The position numbers were made by a program, and so were the translations under genes. Positions 8,750-19,800 of a stretch of DNA of 64,000 nucleotides are shown here, one piece after another (the first letter of the stretch is position 1; the number at the start of each line of letters is the position of its first letter). The stretch lies in IMG/VR virus record IMGVR_UViG_3300017987_005501; one strand, 5' to 3'. Below the pieces are notes generated by a model. The model was not told where the DNA came from. It searched no databases and saw only the letters and a list, made by a program, of their open reading frames with translations. The stretch is from a virus. Taxonomy: Duplodnaviria > Caudoviricetes.

Positions 8750-11700
8750 TATAGTTGTGTATCGTCAGTGATAAAAGTTAAAATAAGGTCATTTAATGTT
8801 GGGTATTCCAAACTGGCCGTTATAATGTTTTTTGAACCAGATTCATTAAAGACAATATATGTTATTTTGTAAATATGGTTTTCTGGGCGATCTTCTGGGT
8901 CATCCGATACCATAGATACAACGATTCTACCATCTCCTCTAATATATCCTTGTCCCCTTCCGGTATCTACTAGTTCATCGGAAGCAACCAAAGTTAAACG
9001 ATTTTGATCTTCAAAGATAGCAGCGGGGTTAAACTTAAATCCATTTCCTCCAGGAGCCTTTGGGGTCGCATCTAAAGATTCCGAAACGACTTGAACTTGG
9101 TCTCCACCATTATCTTGGGTTGCATGGGCTAAAACAGGGTCTCTCGTAATATAAGATATAACCCTATCCCTCTCATATTCACCAAATGGTAAAGTTGTAT
9201 AAGAGACGAAAATAACATCTCCATCAGATATTGCTCCCCCTGGGATTCCAAAGACCTTAGGAGGAGTTGTTACCGTCCCGCTAATAATTCCGTAGTCGGT
9301 GTTTTCTGTGAGCGTATTTGAACCTAAAGTAACCACAATAGTTGATTCGTCCACATTTGAATTATTTAACGAAACAGGATTCGACAAGATTATTTGATGT
9401 GGTTCGTTTGAAATTATAATAGGATTATTAGATATTGGGTTTGCGCTGTAACTAACAAGGACCGTTCCCCCGTCCGGAATTGCGCCAGCAGTAATTCTAT
9501 AAATCTGTGCTGGGTTTTCTACGTCGCCGGGGATTATACCATAATCAACATTATTTGTATAAACGGTTGAAAGGTCTGAACTCCTTACAACAATTGACGA
9601 CGTTTCCACGTTTGAATTATTTAAGTCCACAAGATCCCCCGTGCTTAATACGTGCGACTCGTCCGTAACAATAATTGGGGGCAAGAAAGTCCCGAATAGG
9701 GAGGAGATATAAGTAACCCGCACCTCGCCTCCATCCGGAATATTTCCAGAAGAAATTCGCACTATTTTTGGGGGAAGTAAAGTACTTCCATAGAGGACAT
9801 CGAAATCCCGCCCTCTAACATAACTAATTGAGCCGTCAAGAGAAGCTATTTCAATTGAGTTTAATTCTACGTTTGAATTTGATAATGCCGTTGGGAGAGC
9901 TCCAGTAAGGGTAATGTCTTCAATAAATGTTGAGGTATATTCGTCCTCAATTGATTCGCGGTTAATTAAAGATTCATCTGCTCTTGCCATTTTATTGAGG
10001 CGAGATGTTGTTGTGCTCCACTCAATATAGTTAACATTTTCAACTTGCTCTATAAGACTAATAATATCTGATTCGTAAACTCTACTTGCAATTGGAAGCT
10101 GATTAATAAATTGGGAAATTGCAGTTCTAATTAATCCTTCAATTACGTTTTGATCCCCTTCAGGGTCGATTACCACAGTCACGTTAATATCGACAGGAGC
10201 TTGGATCGCACTTTTTACTAAAACGTCTGCAGTAACGTGTCGCATTTCATCAACTTCTTGTTGCGCCTGGTGAATTAGTTGGTTAGTCGAATAACGTAAA
10301 GTGATATTCTCTCCACATTTGTAGGAAACTTTAACAATAGACCCATTGGGAATATTTCCATTTGTTAAGCGTTTGATTCTTGTTGCAGTTAAGTTATCCC
10401 CAATATCAACTTGGTAGTCGAGATTTTCAATATATGTTTTGGTCTTATCAACATTCATTACAGTAATGGATTCATCGAAAACTCCAACTTTAGTCGTTTC
10501 AACATATGACTCCCCAGCTAAGGACATTTCCTCGTCTATAACTTGTTGTAAGTCCGCAACAGGTAAACCAGATCCCTTAGTATAGTATTTAACTAAAACA
10601 TCCCCGTCATCCGGAATGCTGCCATCAACAAACCTTGCAATTTGGGGTGGTATCGTAAAGTTTCCTGGAATTAGCTGATAATCAACCCCTTCCTGGTAAA
10701 TTATTGTTTCACTTGTATTTTGAACGGTAACAGTATTTATACTATATGTCGCGTTACCTGGGATTATGCTGCCATCTAAAACATTAATATTCGAAAAAGA
10801 AACACTATCCGTTCCAGGCAAACGAAGAATTTCTTGAACCTCCGTTAAGGGGACAGCATTATCAAAAAAGATCTCAATACTATCTTCTGCAAGTTCCGAG
10901 AACCCATAAAGAAGAGGGTCAGCCTGTTTATAGAAATTATAGTTTCTTCCTAGGTCCCCCGACAAATCCCCCACAACACTAATAATTTCGTCAATGGGTT
11001 GATTCTCGGGGGTATATTGTAAATTAGTTCTATATCTATAAGTAATTTTAACTGTATCAAACTTGTCCAATCCAATTTGCTGGTTAAGGGGATCCGTTTC
11101 ATCCAAATCAATAACGGAGCCCCCAATAACTTGGTAATTCGCTAAACTATAACTCAGGTTTCTAGAAACATTTTTAACTTCCAATACCTCAAAGATTGGG
11201 GTATCTGGGGATAAATCATCGTTTCTTGGTTGGAACTGCATTAAAGAAACGCTAACTATATCTGAATCCCCATCCGTAATGCGGGGGTAATTAAAGCTAA
11301 AGGTTTCTTCGTAAGAATATAAAACTTCTCCTTGCACGTAGATGTCAACTTTTCCACCAATATGTTCATCTCTTACATCATCAAAATCCCGCTCCATATA
11401 TTTATTCCCGGCAGAAATAACCTTAGCCTGACGAACCTGGGGCAAGGCATAAACAGTCTTTAAGTATCCGCCCCTAGTTCCGCTATCAACTCCAACTAAT
11501 GCTAAGGCTGCCCTATCCGCCAAGTCCGAATTGGATTCCTGGTCAGTTCCGAAAGAGGCGGAAAGTTCATTTGTTGCCCTTACATTATTTCCAGTTACCC
11601 CCGATGCCACAATCGTTATTGTGCTAGCAGCCACATTGTAATCCACGCCTGCCTGGTCAGATTGTGCAGGAACTTTAACTTCCCATCGGCGTTCGTTTCT

Positions 11701-13896
11701 ATTATAAAAACTGTTTAAGGATGCAACCCGGATTTCAGCTTGGGATAAAGATGTAAATGAAACCGATTCCCCCGACCCACCTGTTAAAAACTTGGCCCCT
11801 CTTCTAACTATTATATCTTCCGAAGGTTCCGTTGTTGTATAAATTGTAACCTCGACCTGGCTAGGTTGGGCGTCTTGTCTATAAACATTGAAGTTTGCAG
11901 CAAGTTTATCAAATTGTTCGTTAATTAAAGTTTGGGTTTCGTCGTCCGAAATACCTAAGGCATCAGCTAAAAGCTGTTTATCTGCCGAATCTTCAACAGC
12001 AATGGAATCCCCCGTTTCATTAGGGTCATCAAATTGCCTTAAAGTTAAAAAGGATTGCGAGGTCGAAACAAAATCCAAAATAACATAAAGTTTTCTAAAT
12101 TCCTCTGCGGGAGGATCTAAGAAAATATCTCTTACAACAGACCCGGGAGAAAAGTCAATTGCTTGATCTTTAGAAAAGATATTACTAATCATATTAGCTA
12201 AAATATCAGACATCGAGCGAGGCGTTAAATCTCTTACCGTCTTATCTATAACTATGGGTTCAGCACTCACCTCAACGCTATATAAACTCTCCACTTCTGT
12301 TTTATTTGCAGTGTCATAAGAAACGGCAGTTAAAACAAAATAAACGGGAACTCCGAGCTCAAAATTAGTTCCGTCTGGGTTTTTGTCTGGGGTAAAACTA
12401 AAGAAATTAATATCCTGGAACACCTCTTGGGTTACGGTTGTTCTAACATTTCCTGTTTGAGTTACGGCCGTATCAACATCGTAGTCAACCTCTTCGGAAT
12501 AAGCTGGAATTGTAACCAAGTCTGAATTTGCTTTAACATAACCATCGCTACCACCCCCAGCGTTGAGGGAATAATAGACATTATATCCAACAATATCCTG
12601 CTCTAAGTTTTGAGACCAAATAACTTCAACTGCATCCCTAAAACTTTTTGTTGAGATCCCGGTAGGAGGGGAGACAATTAAATCTATATCATCAACTGAG
12701 ACTAGCTTAATGTTGATTGTTGCTGGGTCGCTTACGTTCCCAAATTTATCAGTTGCTTGAACAACAATTGTATTAATCCCGTCAGGTGCAGTTGGGTCTC
12801 CTTGGAGCCTTAAATCCGGGTAAGACCAGATCGAATCTCCTGGAGTGTGGATTACCCCATCTTCAGTTGCGCTCAAACCTCTAATTGAAATTGTTACTTT
12901 TTCAGCGTTAGGAGAGACAGACCCCGCTAAATCCTGCAAATCTATATTAGTGGAAAAATCCTCCCCCTCTTGGGGGTAGTCGATAGTGATGAAAAGATCC
13001 GGTGGAGGGGTATATGTTATTTGAATTGTAGTAGAAGCATTTTCTGTTGTGTTAGATGCCTGAACAACAATAACATTTAAGCCTTCCTGTAATGAAATAT
13101 CTCTGATTTCCCAATCTTTGTCCCCAGGATAATACGTTACATTAAAATCAGTAAAGGGGGACCCGTTTTCTGAATACTTAATTTCTTCAGTAGAAGGATC
13201 CGTAACACCTCTTAGGGTCACGAATTCTTCCCTAGTTTCGAAATTCCCAGTAGAAGGGTAGGTTATAGTTGGGGGTGGTAAAGGTAACCCTGATGGAATG
13301 TATGTTAGTTTTTGTGTGGTTGCCTCACTTTGATCCCCAACAGCATTTTCAGCAAGGACTTCAAAATCGTTATCCCCATTAGATAGAGAAACATTTAGGA
13401 TAGACCAAGAGCTTTGCTCTGGAATAACCAAAACGCCAGGTAAACCCACCCCATTTTGCTTAAAAATAACTTCTTTTGTTTGGCTATCAATAGTTCCATG
13501 GAAATTGAAAGAATTAATATCTGTTTCAAAGTCTTCCCCATTATTTGGGTAATTAATTGTAGGAGCAGATATTGAAATGACAGTTATTCTAAAGATATTA
13601 ATAGCACTTGAAAGCCCATCAGCATTGAACGCTTGAATATTAAAAACGTTTTCGCCCTCTGATAAGGTAGCAGAGTATGACCAAGCGAGCTGATCGGCAG
13701 TAGAATCTGGGGTAAAAACAACACCTGAGTCACTACCGTTAATAGTTATTTTGGTAACGATATAAGGCTCTGTTATTATATGTAAAATAGGGTCAATTTG
13801 GCTAACTACACCTGCTAGAACAACTGAAGTTTCAGAAGTAGTATAATCTATCCCATTATTTGGATTTAATATAACTGGACGATTTGGAGTACTCAT
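8749..13896 (-). CDS. Baseplate J/gp6-like wedge protein (1715 aa) with N-terminal Ig-like/FN3 domains and internal repeats
   Basis: DFSPGSVVRDIFLDP, ATNELSASFGTDQESNSDLADRA...GTRGGY, GGKVDIYVQG, LPIASRVYESDIISLIEQVENV are J-family motifs; four GEN.F...A.N Ig-like units at the N-terminus. Confidence 0.85.
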   Translation of the reverse strand: MSTPNRPVILNPNNGIDYTTSETSVVLAGVVSQIDPILHIITEPYIVTKITINGSDSGVVFTPDSTADQLAWSYSATLSEGENVFNIQAFNADGLSSAINIFRITVISISAPTINYPNNGEDFETDINSFNFHGTIDSQTKEVIFKQNGVGLPGVLVIPEQSSWSILNVSLSNGDNDFEVLAENAVGDQSEATTQKLTYIPSGLPLPPPTITYPSTGNFETREEFVTLRGVTDPSTEEIKYSENGSPFTDFNVTYYPGDKDWEIRDISLQEGLNVIVVQASNTTENASTTIQITYTPPPDLFITIDYPQEGEDFSTNIDLQDLAGSVSPNAEKVTISIRGLSATEDGVIHTPGDSIWSYPDLRLQGDPTAPDGINTIVVQATDKFGNVSDPATINIKLVSVDDIDLIVSPPTGISTKSFRDAVEVIWSQNLEQDIVGYNVYYSLNAGGGSDGYVKANSDLVTIPAYSEEVDYDVDTAVTQTGNVRTTVTQEVFQDINFFSFTPDKNPDGTNFELGVPVYFVLTAVSYDTANKTEVESLYSVEVSAEPIVIDKTVRDLTPRSMSDILANMISNIFSKDQAIDFSPGSVVRDIFLDPPAEEFRKLYVILDFVSTSQSFLTLRQFDDPNETGDSIAVEDSADKQLLADALGISDDETQTLINEQFDKLAANFNVYRQDAQPSQVEVTIYTTTEPSEDIIVRRGAKFLTGGSGESVSFTSLSQAEIRVASLNSFYNRNERRWEVKVPAQSDQAGVDYNVAASTITIVASGVTGNNVRATNELSASFGTDQESNSDLADRAALALVGVDSGTRGGYLKTVYALPQVRQAKVISAGNKYMERDFDDVRDEHIGGKVDIYVQGEVLYSYEETFSFNYPRITDGDSDIVSVSLMQFQPRNDDLSPDTPIFEVLEVKNVSRNLSYSLANYQVIGGSVIDLDETDPLNQQIGLDKFDTVKITYRYRTNLQYTPENQPIDEIISVVGDLSGDLGRNYNFYKQADPLLYGFSELAEDSIEIFFDNAVPLTEVQEILRLPGTDSVSFSNINVLDGSIIPGNATYSINTVTVQNTSETIIYQEGVDYQLIPGNFTIPPQIARFVDGSIPDDGDVLVKYYTKGSGLPVADLQQVIDEEMSLAGESYVETTKVGVFDESITVMNVDKTKTYIENLDYQVDIGDNLTATRIKRLTNGNIPNGSIVKVSYKCGENITLRYSTNQLIHQAQQEVDEMRHVTADVLVKSAIQAPVDINVTVVIDPEGDQNVIEGLIRTAISQFINQLPIASRVYESDIISLIEQVENVNYIEWSTTTSRLNKMARADESLINRESIEDEYTSTFIEDITLTGALPTALSNSNVELNSIEIASLDGSISYVRGRDFDVLYGSTLLPPKIVRISSGNIPDGGEVRVTYISSLFGTFLPPIIVTDESHVLSTGDLVDLNNSNVETSSIVVRSSDLSTVYTNNVDYGIIPGDVENPAQIYRITAGAIPDGGTVLVSYSANPISNNPIIISNEPHQIILSNPVSLNNSNVDESTIVVTLGSNTLTENTDYGIISGTVTTPPKVFGIPGGAISDGDVIFVSYTTLPFGEYERDRVISYITRDPVLAHATQDNGGDQVQVVSESLDATPKAPGGNGFKFNPAAIFEDQNRLTLVASDELVDTGRGQGYIRGDGRIVVSMVSDDPEDRPENHIYKITYIVFNESGSKNIITASLEYPTLNDLILTFITDDTQL

Positions 13897-13906
13897 TTAC
13901 ATATCC

Positions 13907-14797
13907 TTATATATTTCTAAAATTCTGTACTGGGCTTGGTGGCAATTCCGTTATTTGAGAATTGTTTGCATCCCTAGCTGTAAGCGAACCCGGCCGTCTG
14001 TTAGATGGCAAAGATAAGGAGCTTCGGTCTATACTTGGAAGCACCTTAATAGGCTGGCTTATTTCTGCAACCCCAAAAGTTTTATTTTGAACAACGACAT
14101 TAACATTAAATAATGATGGGTCCTCTGAACTCTGAACAACATCTACGCTTAAAACGCTTGATAATAACTCAGCATCGGAGACTCTTTGAATTTGTGCCTG
14201 ATTCAATTGTTTTTGAATATACCCATTTAAAGTCGAATTTATCTCTTGGGTTATTTTTAATCGCATCATCTCTGGGTTTACAATCTTTTGCCCGATTAGT
14301 AAATAAATCGTTGTACCAATATATTCATGGAAAGTATTGGAACCCAAGATTGTATACATCCATTTTTTTAGATCTTGTAGTAGCTTTTGCTGCCCTGTTA
14401 CCGTTATAGGCTTCCCTGTAGCCGTAGTATACCGGAAATCGTTCTCAATTCTTAAATCGTGGCACCTGTTACAAAAAGCAACGTCAGTATAATAGGTTAT
14501 TTGGAAAAGGTCATCTATTGCTTTCAATTTATTTGCGAATAAGATCTTCTTCCAAACACGAGTAGATTCCCCAAAACCATCGAGTGAAGCCCTTGCCTCG
14601 TCTCTTACTAAGGTATAGCTATAAGTAGGATCCTCCGGGTTAATTTCAAACCCATTTACTTTTAAAACAATATCTTCCAATCTTGTAGCAGAAGGAGGCC
14701 GCTCAAATCTAAGGGACTGCCTATCATCATCGACTTGTTGAATTTCGTCGACAATTCTATGGGTGCAGCTATTTTCTAATTTTAAGTCGTATACCAT
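13907..14797 (-). CDS. Baseplate wedge gp25/gpW-like protein with N-terminal extension
   Basis: TVTGQQKLLQDLKKWMYTILGSNTFHEYIGT...LLSSVLSV.V.QSSEDPSLFNVNVVV is a gp25-like pattern; directly upstream of J. Confidence 0.75.
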   Translation of the reverse strand: MVYDLKLENSCTHRIVDEIQQVDDDRQSLRFERPPSATRLEDIVLKVNGFEINPEDPTYSYTLVRDEARASLDGFGESTRVWKKILFANKLKAIDDLFQITYYTDVAFCNRCHDLRIENDFRYTTATGKPITVTGQQKLLQDLKKWMYTILGSNTFHEYIGTTIYLLIGQKIVNPEMMRLKITQEINSTLNGYIQKQLNQAQIQRVSDAELLSSVLSVDVVQSSEDPSLFNVNVVVQNKTFGVAEISQPIKVLPSIDRSSLSLPSNRRPGSLTARDANNSQITELPPSPVQNFRNI

Positions 14798-14805
14798 TTT
14801 TAGTC

Positions 14806-15555
14806 CTAGCTTGCTGGATCCTCTTCATCCAAGTCTTGTAAGAGTTTTGCATAAGCTTCTGCGTTTGCGGACTCTGAAGTCTGGTTTTCTTCCAAGGGCA
14901 CAGAGAAACGTCTAACAGTTCTTAGTGAATTTTCGTTCGGAGCAGTTAATTCTGATTGCGAATTCTTGATAATTGAATTCGTGGCCCTGTTTTCAATAAC
15001 TTGGTCTTCTATTTCTGCTCCTTCTTCCGAGCTTGCTGTTCTTCTATTTTTGAGATCTAGCAATTCTCGATATAACTCATCTATGAGATCTTGAATCTTG
15101 TTTATTTTAAATTCTGCCTTTTCTTTCCATCTTTGAATACTTTTAATATAAGGACTTTTCATTTTTTTAGCTAATCTTCCAGGACCCAAATCAGGATACT
15201 GAGGAGCCCGCCCGAATCTTTTAGGCAATGGAGTTTCGTAATAGGCCCAAGTAAAATCACCTTCATAACTTTTTGTTGCTAAATCCTCTGAAGACCCCAC
15301 TGCGGAAGGCTTAACTCGGCGGGCTAGATCAGAAGTTGAAGCAGTCCCTGTCATTTCAGTTGCTTTACCTGAAGCTGTTCTCAGTTTTTGGAGAAGCCCA
15401 TTTTGTTTATTTCTTAGGCGCTCTATTTCCATTTCTAAATGGGAGATTCTTTTATCTAACCAGACAAACTCTTCACCCCTAACAAAAGGGAGGAAACGAA
15501 GAGTAAAATCTTTTAGAATATTTTGTCTCCAAACTGATTTTCCATCATATGCCAT
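14806..15555 (-). CDS. Hypothetical coiled-coil protein in baseplate module
   Basis: 249-aa ORF abutting its neighbours, two coiled-coil segments. Confidence 0.65.
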   Translation of the reverse strand: MAYDGKSVWRQNILKDFTLRFLPFVRGEEFVWLDKRISHLEMEIERLRNKQNGLLQKLRTASGKATEMTGTASTSDLARRVKPSAVGSSEDLATKSYEGDFTWAYYETPLPKRFGRAPQYPDLGPGRLAKKMKSPYIKSIQRWKEKAEFKINKIQDLIDELYRELLDLKNRRTASSEEGAEIEDQVIENRATNSIIKNSQSELTAPNENSLRTVRRFSVPLEENQTSESANAEAYAKLLQDLDEEDPAS

Positions 15556-15567
15556 AATTATTATGCC

Positions 15568-16161
15568 TTATAGATCTACTATTTGTTGATCTGCTCCGTT
15601 ATCACATATACCTAAATTAGCAAAAATTTGTAAATAACCATCCGCAAGAATAGCTTGCTGAACAATTTTATTAAGATATTCTTTCCAATCAAATATTTGA
15701 GCCTCTAAACCTACTATGGCTTCGTCTGTAAAACTAGCTAATTCCTTGCATTCCTCGATATTAGAGTCTGCCCCAGCAATTAGTAGGGCTAAATCATTTA
15801 AAGGCGCACAACTAAAAACGGAATCTGCTAAATTATTATAAATATTTACAGCTACCTGTTGGGTCCTATCCATCGCATTTGCAATAGTTACGACCCTATC
15901 CAAAGCATCTGTACTTGATTTAAGTTGGGCAATAATGTCTACTTGACACCCTGGCGCGATTACGCTAGTTTGTTGGGATCTATCACTACTAATTCTTCCA
16001 TCTGCCTCAGCATTGGCGCGCTCTAAATCCCCTTGAGTCATAACTGGTTCAGCTATTTCTCTAAGGAAATCGCATATTGCGGCTGCAGTTGGTGCGTTAA
16101 TTGCGTCTATAATACATGGTGCAAGCATGTAAAGGCAAGAAACTGCTGGTGGTAAGGCCAT
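15568..16161 (-). CDS. Hypothetical helical, Cys-containing protein
   Basis: 197-aa ORF, tightly spaced in the operon. Confidence 0.65.
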   Translation of the reverse strand: MALPPAVSCLYMLAPCIIDAINAPTAAAICDFLREIAEPVMTQGDLERANAEADGRISSDRSQQTSVIAPGCQVDIIAQLKSSTDALDRVVTIANAMDRTQQVAVNIYNNLADSVFSCAPLNDLALLIAGADSNIEECKELASFTDEAIVGLEAQIFDWKEYLNKIVQQAILADGYLQIFANLGICDNGADQQIVDL

Positions 16162-16164
16162 ATC

Positions 16165-16554
16165 TTAGTTATCCTCATCTTTTTCGTTGATCTCATTTAT
16201 ATTTTGTATAGTATGAAATTTATTTAAGTGTATCTGGGGTCCTTGTTTAAATGCCATGTAAGCAACATGCATCCAAGTTGATAATCGGTGAACCCCTAAA
16301 CCAATAAAAAAAGGTTCAGCCCAGAAAATAATAGGGTTAGCCCCAAATCCCAATCTCAACGAAAATAAATAACACAACCCAATTGCGACCCAAACCGAAA
16401 AGCAGGCGCCACAACTTAAAAGCCCTTTAAGGAAGGAAGACCACCCCATTAGTTTTTCTCTAATCTTTTCAAAAATAATTCTGCTTACAATAATTTCGGT
16501 AAAAGCCTCAGTAATGAAGGCTAGTAAGAAAAATTTAAATAAAAAATCTAACAT
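16165..16554 (-). CDS. DUF1360-like membrane protein with CxxC
   Basis: Three hydrophobic segments and LLSCGACFSVWVA, typical of DUF1360; TAATG-coupled to the upstream ORF. Confidence 0.65.
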   Translation of the reverse strand: MLDFLFKFFLLAFITEAFTEIIVSRIIFEKIREKLMGWSSFLKGLLSCGACFSVWVAIGLCYLFSLRLGFGANPIIFWAEPFFIGLGVHRLSTWMHVAYMAFKQGPQIHLNKFHTIQNINEINEKDEDN

Positions 16555-16775
16555 TATCTTTGGATCCTATACATTTGTTTTCCACATTTTTTACACTTAC
16601 ATTTAACTACCATTTGTGCCCCTAACTTAATAGGGCTCGGATTCGCTTTTAATTCGCCCCCACAATGAACACATCGATTAACCCCCACTCTAACTGTTGG
16701 CTTTGTTGCTGGGGTCTTTGCTATGGGGGTAGGTCGCGGATTATTTCTCCTTCTTCCTCTTCCACAACATGCCAT
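16554..16775 (-). CDS. Small basic Zn-ribbon protein (MACCGRGRRR...)
   Basis: CVHCGG...CKCKKCGK; AGGAG RBS; motif copy at 16819..16831. Confidence 0.7.
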   Translation of the reverse strand: MACCGRGRRRNNPRPTPIAKTPATKPTVRVGVNRCVHCGGELKANPSPIKLGAQMVVKCKCKKCGKQMYRIQR

Positions 16776-16818
16776 AATTCTCTCCTTTTTAAAGTATATC
16801 CTTATTTCTATTGTATAG

Positions 16819-16831
16819 AAATGAATTATTA
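16819..16831 (-). promoter_or_regulatory. Conserved intergenic motif copy (TAATAATTCATTT)
   Basis: Plus strand aaatgaattatta, overlapping the stop codon of the 1438-aa gene, 44 nt above the ATG at 16775. Confidence 0.55.
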
Positions 16832-19800
16832 GGTTATTTGGTAGTTTTCTTCTCCTAAAATTTCTTCTCCTATACTATTTCTTCCCTCAACAAATATCTG
16901 GAGAAGAGGATTAAGAAGTTGATTTCTTATTTGAGCCGTTACTATCCAATTTTGGTCGTCAATATACCCTATATTCATATCAGACGAAGCATATAATTGG
17001 TTGTAATCAAAAGCATTTATTCCTGGGATATTAAAAGTATCCTGTGGTCGTGTTGGGTAGGTTGGGTTAATCCTTAATGCTTCGGAAGTTAGATAAACTG
17101 GGATTAAGTTATCGTTTAGGGAATAAGAAATAACAGAGGAGGGGGCAGTATTTGTACTTGTCGTAACAACGTATCCCCGAGAAGGATTAAATAAATCAGT
17201 TATTGGTAAATCAAAATTATCAGCGGAAGCCTTTATTCTTATTGTGTCCCCAGGAGAAATTCCGAGACCCCCGGCATTAGTTATATCTACTACGACAATA
17301 TTTGTGGCTAAATGAGTTTCATAAATTTCAAATTCTAAAACCGAAGGTACCCTGCTTAAAGTATAAGTCCATGAATCCTTGTAATCTAGGGGATTTGTAG
17401 GATCAAATTGGCCATCTCTTAAAATTGTTCCCGAATCCAGAGTAATCTCCAGAAGATCTCTGTTTCCAAAATACCCAGGAACAGGAACGCTCCCCAAGGG
17501 GTTCACGGCAATAATGGTAGAATAGAGATAAACATCCCTAGGTCTAAAAGAAACTGTTTGAATAGCTTCATAAACGCCTAATTGATTAGGGCCTGTGTCC
17601 CCTCTAAGTAGAGTAAAAGATTGTGTTACAGGGAAGAAATAAGTATTTCTAACAGCTCTTGGTAAAAGGCTAATAGAACTAACCCCTTCCTCTGAAGTTG
17701 CCTGGAAGGATGCTCTCAAAGTAAAAGTTTTCAACTCTGTGTTTCCAATTATTTCGGAGGAATCGAAATTCTGAACTTCGGCAGTTATATCTGCTAATTT
17801 AACGTATGGGTCTGTCCCATAAAAAGATTGTGATTCTGATGAAGTTATTAATTCAGACCCAGCCGATATTGAAATTTCAGGTGTTGGTTGAGCCGCAGGC
17901 AAAGGAATTCGAAGGATTAACCCAGCACCACTACTATAGGAATAGGAATCATCCGTTTGAACCCCAATAATGCTAACAGCTGTCATTCCAATTAATTGGT
18001 TTAAGGTAATGTTTTCATCTAAATCGATTATGGTTCTTCCCTCTGAAGAAATTGATATACTAGCATTAGTTAAATCGTATTGACTATAAGCTCCGGTTAT
18101 TGTATCAATTCTCCCTACAGTTAGGATATCATTAAAATCGGTAAGGGCAACCGGAATTGAAACTTCGTAACTTGTTGCGTCGTCCACGCTGGCTTTTATT
18201 GCCTCGTCAAAAGCGATTAATTCCCGATTTGGACTTTGCAAATCAAATCTAAGAGCCCATGCGTATTCTGGGGAATCATAACAAACAATATTTTTAGGGT
18301 CCCCACAAGCTGAATTATAGATAAACCCAGGCTGGTATGAAATAGTTGAGGTATTATAAATATTAAATATAGGGGCAGAGGGAGTGAGTGTTGTTATATT
18401 AGGACCAGATAATGTAAGGGGAGTTCTCTTCCCGTCGTTATCAACTGCCAAAATTGCTATACTTAGCGGAATTCCATTTTCAAAGGATATTCCGGTAGAA
18501 ACAGTATCCGGGGTAAAACCAAAGTAAGTAACAGCATTGCCGTCTATAATTTCTAGTTGGTCATTAATTAGACAGGTACCTGCTTGTACACAAGGATCAA
18601 CACCACTTACAGTAGGTAACCCCGTACCGCTTCCCAACGGATTCCGTGGGATCAAATTTTTACAGGTAAGAACAAGGTAGCCACTGGAAACTGTTGCTCC
18701 TAACTCGTTTGTTTTACCTATAATATCAGCTGATATATCTAAAGCTGATAAATCTGTTCCGTGTTCTAATGTGACAGTTTCGCTGATTCCGTTACAAAAT
18801 ACATTAAAGGTGTCGTTTGTAGAGTCAACCTTAAATAATTCTTGGGTGTTTCCCTGAATTGATGCCCTGCTACCAATTTCAAGGTTATTATTAACTAAAC
18901 CCACTCTATTATAGTATTGTAATGGCAAACCAGACTCATTTAACCATATTTCGTATCCGACGATATTAAAAAACCTTCGCCATTTATATTCTGCTTTTAA
19001 CCTATCTCTAGGATCAATTCCAATTTCAGAGTTTAAACCATCTGATTGGTTTAGGATAATATAGTTATCAGTCCATGTTGCATTTGTTAAGTTGTATGTT
19101 TGACCTCCGCGATCAATATTCTGAATAGAATATAACTCTTCAATAAAACCTGTTGTTCCTAATTCGTAGTTCTTAATATCTAATCGCCAATCGAAGTCAT
19201 TAGATTCTGTTGCGTCGAGATTAAAAGTTGCTTGTGTTACGTCATCTGATTTAACCCGAATTAAGTCATCATCCCGCATCCCAATAATTTGGTTTTTAGG
19301 AGTTGTGGGGTCTATTTTAATTAAGGTTGACCCTTTAATGAAACTCGCTCCCGATAAGGAATAATAAGCGTCTTTTGTTGCATTATAAATACCACTCACA
19401 GTAGAGAAAGTAGTATTTAAGGTCGTTAAAGTCCAAGTTAAGGGGTTAATATGGTCCACCTTTCTTCGAACCTTACAATTACAAAGTAGCGTATCTGAAA
19501 GGTTTGCCCCAATATTTGCATTTTGGTTTGTTTGGGAAACCATTCCATTTAAGTTATAAATATTTGATCTTGTAAGATTTTTAATTTCCGTGATATTTGG
19601 GACTTCTGTAACTTGAAAATTCGCAACCCCAAGAATTAATTGTTGGGAATTAATTAGAGTTGCTACCTGCGCCCCTAAGCCATCAAAGGTTACTTCAACA
19701 TTATCCCCAGGAAAAGAAGAAAAAGTTTGTATCTGAGGGTTAAGTTTAATTTGAACATCGTAACCTGCAAACCCCGAAGCGGCTTCTATTTGGAAAGAAT

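Noticed and set aside
9415-9430. Motif-like AATAGGATTATTA inside baseplate J
   Set aside because: Intragenic, imperfect, explained by codons for S-N-N-P-I-I.
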